Shown here piece by piece: positions 45,673-48,449 of a DNA stretch of 48,449 bases (the stretch's first letter is position 1; each line of letters begins with the position of its first letter). The translations under genes and the position numbers were made by a program. This DNA comes from Candidatus Woesearchaeota archaeon (GTDB lineage: Archaea; Nanobdellota; Nanobdellia; Woesearchaeales; WAPJ01). The notes below the pieces were generated by a model. The model had not been told where the DNA came from, did no database searches, and saw nothing but the letters and a program-made list of their open reading frames with translations. The stretch spans positions 1 to 48,449 of the forward strand of contig JBLKOL010000004.1 of assembly GCA_047602765.1 (NCBI GenBank), written 5' to 3'.

Positions 45673-46343
45673 TGGTTCTTGAGGTAGCGTCCGATCTCTG
45701 CATCGATCGCTTCGTAGTCTTCGAAGAGCCGCTCCATGCGCCTGAACCGTGACGTATGGTGGTGGTTTCGTTGTCCTTTCTCCTCGTACTTGAGCAGTTT
45801 GTGCAGGCTCTCATGGTAGACGAGAAACGCCAAGATGCGCCTCGGAGCGCCTCTAAACACTTCTGAGACGCGGATCGTATCGTCGTGGTAGTTGTAGGTT
45901 GCGAGCGTGCGCCTCCCCTGCCCTTTGAAGATGAGGTTCGGAGCGTCAAGAGTTCCTTCGAAGTAGCGCGCGTTCACCTCGTCGAAGATCGATTTGAGCA
46001 GCGGATCATGCTCCTTATCCCCTCCGGTACGGTCGAGGCGTTTGATGAAGTTGTTGTAGAGGTCGATGTTGATCGTCGAGCGGTGATGATCGCCTTCGAG
46101 TTTGAGGAGCAGGTGTTGTAAGAGTCCGATGACGATCTCAGGACTCACGGTGCGCCATGAGTGGCTCAGCGAGAAGATGACGTTGCGTCCTCGTTTGCGC
46201 ACGTTCGCGTTGTAGGGTCTGAATCGTCGGCTGTAGGTGACGTCGAGGATGTAGTCTTTGCCGATCTCATCGTAGAGGAGCGAGTAGGCGAGCTGTGCGA
46301 TCTCGCGTTCGCGACCCATACCCGCTCCAAGCGCTTCGGGCAT
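45669..46343 (-). CDS. SprT/M48-like zinc metallopeptidase domain protein
   Basis: FDEVNARYF, LATY, LVYHESLH and HTSRFRRME motifs. Confidence 0.8.
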   Translation of the reverse strand: MPEALGAGMGREREIAQLAYSLLYDEIGKDYILDVTYSRRFRPYNANVRKRGRNVIFSLSHSWRTVSPEIVIGLLQHLLLKLEGDHHRSTINIDLYNNFIKRLDRTGGDKEHDPLLKSIFDEVNARYFEGTLDAPNLIFKGQGRRTLATYNYHDDTIRVSEVFRGAPRRILAFLVYHESLHKLLKYEEKGQRNHHHTSRFRRMERLFEDYEAIDAEIGRYLKNH

Positions 46344-46391
46344 ATAAGCGTTCAGGACAGGTTTATGAACGGGACCTTCCGAGCATGCGGT

Positions 46392-47150
46392 ATGAAGGAC
46401 TTCGCCATCTCGCTCGCCCGTGAAGCGGGTACGATCATGCGCTCGAGCTTCCGCTCAGGAGTCGACCGCAGGGTCAAGGATGACGGTTCGTTCGTCACTG
46501 AAGTGGATGATCGTATCAATGCGCTCGTCATCGAACGCGTCAGAGAACGGTTTTCGGATCATGACGTGTATGGTGAGGAGTCGAGTTCGCGCTCAGGGTC
46601 CGAGTACGTGTGGGTCTGTGATCCGATCGACGGTACGAATCCCTTCGCGCATAACGTTCCGACCTTCGTATTCTCGCTTGCGCTCACGCATCGAGGTGTT
46701 CCTCTGCTCGGCGTCATCTACGATCCGATGCTCGAACGCCTCTACGTCGCTGAACGCGACGGTCCGGCCCTGCTCAACGACGAGCGGATCAGCGTATCTC
46801 AGGCACCTTCACTGAACGGGACTTTGGTGGGAGCGTGCATGTTCCACAATGCACACCGAGAACTCTCGGGTGTGATCCCGCGTCTGATCGATGCACGCGG
46901 TCACGTGCAGAATTACGGTTCGATCGCCTACATGGCGATGCTCGTAGCATCCGGTGAACTCAGTTGCGCGATCTACCCGGGTACGAAAGGACACGACATC
47001 GCCGCAGCCAAGATCATCGTCGAGCGAGCAGGTGGCACCGTTACCTCGTTCGAGAACGCCGACCAACGCTACGACGGGCGCATCGACGGAGCGATCCTCT
47101 CGAACGGACGCGTGCACGATGAAGTGCTATCGCTGACCAACAAAATGTGA
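46392..47150 (+). CDS. suhB: Inositol monophosphatase family protein
   Basis: VTEVD, GEE, WVCDPIDGTNPF and HDIAAA...ERAGG motifs. Confidence 0.9.
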   Translation: MKDFAISLAREAGTIMRSSFRSGVDRRVKDDGSFVTEVDDRINALVIERVRERFSDHDVYGEESSSRSGSEYVWVCDPIDGTNPFAHNVPTFVFSLALTHRGVPLLGVIYDPMLERLYVAERDGPALLNDERISVSQAPSLNGTLVGACMFHNAHRELSGVIPRLIDARGHVQNYGSIAYMAMLVASGELSCAIYPGTKGHDIAAAKIIVERAGGTVTSFENADQRYDGRIDGAILSNGRVHDEVLSLTNKM

Positions 47151-47165
47151 TGGCGAACGGCAGAA

Positions 47166-48449
47166 TCACTCCTGCATCTCGTACCGTAGGATCGCGGCTA
47201 CCTTGCCGATCTGATCGAGCTGGTGTCCTTCGCGCGTCTCGGGACTTGTGAGCATGATCGTCGATCCGTACTGTTCTGCGAGAGCGCTGAGCTCTTCGAT
47301 GACTTCGTCCGGGGTTGATTCTGAGAGTACGAGTGTGTCGACGGCTCCCATCTCGAGTTTCGCCTTCACATCAGCGGTTCCGTACGCGACCATCCCTGGC
47401 TGGGTGTTGAGGTAGGTGAAGAATCGGTTGAGCATGTCTTTTTCAGCGGCGATCTCTTCTTCTGCGAGGAGGTCTTGGCTCTTGTCGACGAGCTCTTGCA
47501 GGCCGAACTCATCTGTGTACGAGAGGTCTTTGATGCCGATGATCTTCTGTTTGACTTGGTCGGTGATGTAGTTCCCGTCGACGAACTCGTACTTGGTGGG
47601 TCCTGGTCCTCCGACGATGATGCCTTTGAGTCCTTCGCGGTTGAGGAATTGTTCTTTGACGTACTCGGCGACTTTCTTGTAGTGGTCTTTGGCTGCTCCT
47701 TCGCGAAGCCGAGCGAACCGTTGTGCTGAGTTGTGGACGACGAGTCCTTGCGCGATGAAGCTCTCGCTCGTCGTCGAGATGTCGATGAGGCGTTCTGTTG
47801 TTCCTCGTTCGATCGTTGCGATGCGCACCGGCAGGTAGTCGAATCGCAGGATGGGTTCGAGGGCTCGTTTGACGCTCTCGCTGCTCTCCGAGTAGATGCT
47901 CCGCTCGAACGTGTCGATGCTCATGCGTCGCTCTGAGTTGAAGAAGTTCGAGACGCGAGGATACTCGGATACGCGTCCTCCTGCGGCTTCGATGATGCTC
48001 CGGACGGCTCGTCCTTCGAATGCGATCCGTCTCGAAAGGCTCTTCGTACGGCATTTGCTGATCTTCTCGAGGAGTTCGTGTTTGTCGCATGCGGTGAATC
48101 CGATCGTGTTCGAGAACGTTCGCAGCGAGGTTTGGTCGCTGATCTCGATCGTCCACCGAGTGTTCGAGCTGTACGGGTTCTTCCGGTTGTCGTATGATCG
48201 TCTTGATGCGACGATGCCGAGCCTGAGAAGCGCGGTTTGGATCTGTGCGCTGAGGATCTCGTTGTTGATCCCCAACCCGATGCGATTCGAACGTACGTAT
48301 CCTTCGGCGTCGAAGAATCCGCGTAGGTATCCTGCGAGCACTTCGTTTGAACTCGTGAGTACGAGTTCGGGGATTCGGCTTTCGAGTGCGGTGGTGATTT
48401 CTCGGAACCGGTCGCGTATGAGCCTGACGAGGGGTCGTGACGTTGCTCT
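47166..48449 (-). CDS. prf1: Peptide chain release factor aRF1, intein-containing (5' partial)
   Basis: SAQRFARLRE, IIVGGPGPTK, AYG, GAVDTL and ETREG...AAILRY motifs; the frame is open to the window edge. Confidence 0.92.
   Translation of the reverse strand, partial: RATSRPLVRLIRDRFREITTALESRIPELVLTSSNEVLAGYLRGFFDAEGYVRSNRIGLGINNEILSAQIQTALLRLGIVASRRSYDNRKNPYSSNTRWTIEISDQTSLRTFSNTIGFTACDKHELLEKISKCRTKSLSRRIAFEGRAVRSIIEAAGGRVSEYPRVSNFFNSERRMSIDTFERSIYSESSESVKRALEPILRFDYLPVRIATIERGTTERLIDISTTSESFIAQGLVVHNSAQRFARLREGAAKDHYKKVAEYVKEQFLNREGLKGIIVGGPGPTKYEFVDGNYITDQVKQKIIGIKDLSYTDEFGLQELVDKSQDLLAEEEIAAEKDMLNRFFTYLNTQPGMVAYGTADVKAKLEMGAVDTLVLSESTPDEVIEELSALAEQYGSTIMLTSPETREGHQLDQIGKVAAILRYEMQE
47730..48449 (-). 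mobile_element. Intein with LAGLIDADG homing endonuclease (partial) inside aRF1
   Basis: YLRGFFDAEG endonuclease block, F-block LIDISTTSESFIAQG and terminal VVHN followed by Ser(+1). Confidence 0.9.

Noticed and set aside
376-47729. Many long antisense/alternative-frame ORFs (e.g. 376-1476, 7606-8436, 36526-37374, 39418-40347, 42849-43691)
   Set aside because: They are shadows of well-supported genes in a GC-rich genome, Arg/Ser-rich or mirror-hydrophobic and without family motifs.

Overview
Archaeal chromosomal segment with moderately high GC, most likely from a DPANN (Woesearchaeota/Nanobdellota-like) genome. The archaeal call rests on uS15, eL40, aIF5A, DHS, aRF1, RecJ/GAN and an intron-containing tRNA-Trp. 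The finer taxonomy is inference from the compact, mostly leaderless gene layout and the gene content. The window holds PKD/S-layer-like surface proteins, translation, repair and stress genes, four tRNAs, a six-gene array of paralogous WLAFIP membrane proteins, carbohydrate-active lipoproteins, an ABC transporter, a MoxR/vWA pair and a type II toxin-antitoxin pair. The most notable observations are: (1) a candidate replication origin (ORB-like box, AT-rich element, TGAGAC palindromes) next to a coiled-coil/winged-helix gene rather than cdc6; (2) an H1-like protein gene whose promoter and Shine-Dalgarno are duplicated in front of a 13-aa Lys-rich micro-ORF; (3) a 39-nt tRNA-Trp intron that looks like a minimal single-guide C/D RNA for Cm34; (4) an unannotated structured RNA divergent from aIF5A; (5) a three-way-junction leader on rps15; (6) a LAGLIDADG intein apparently at the GGQ/S site of aRF1; (7) a 2.3-kb insertion bounded by a 26-bp duplication of a helicase-domain gene's 3' end; (8) several genes interrupted by in-frame stops. 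All calls come from reading the sequence by eye; no searches were run.
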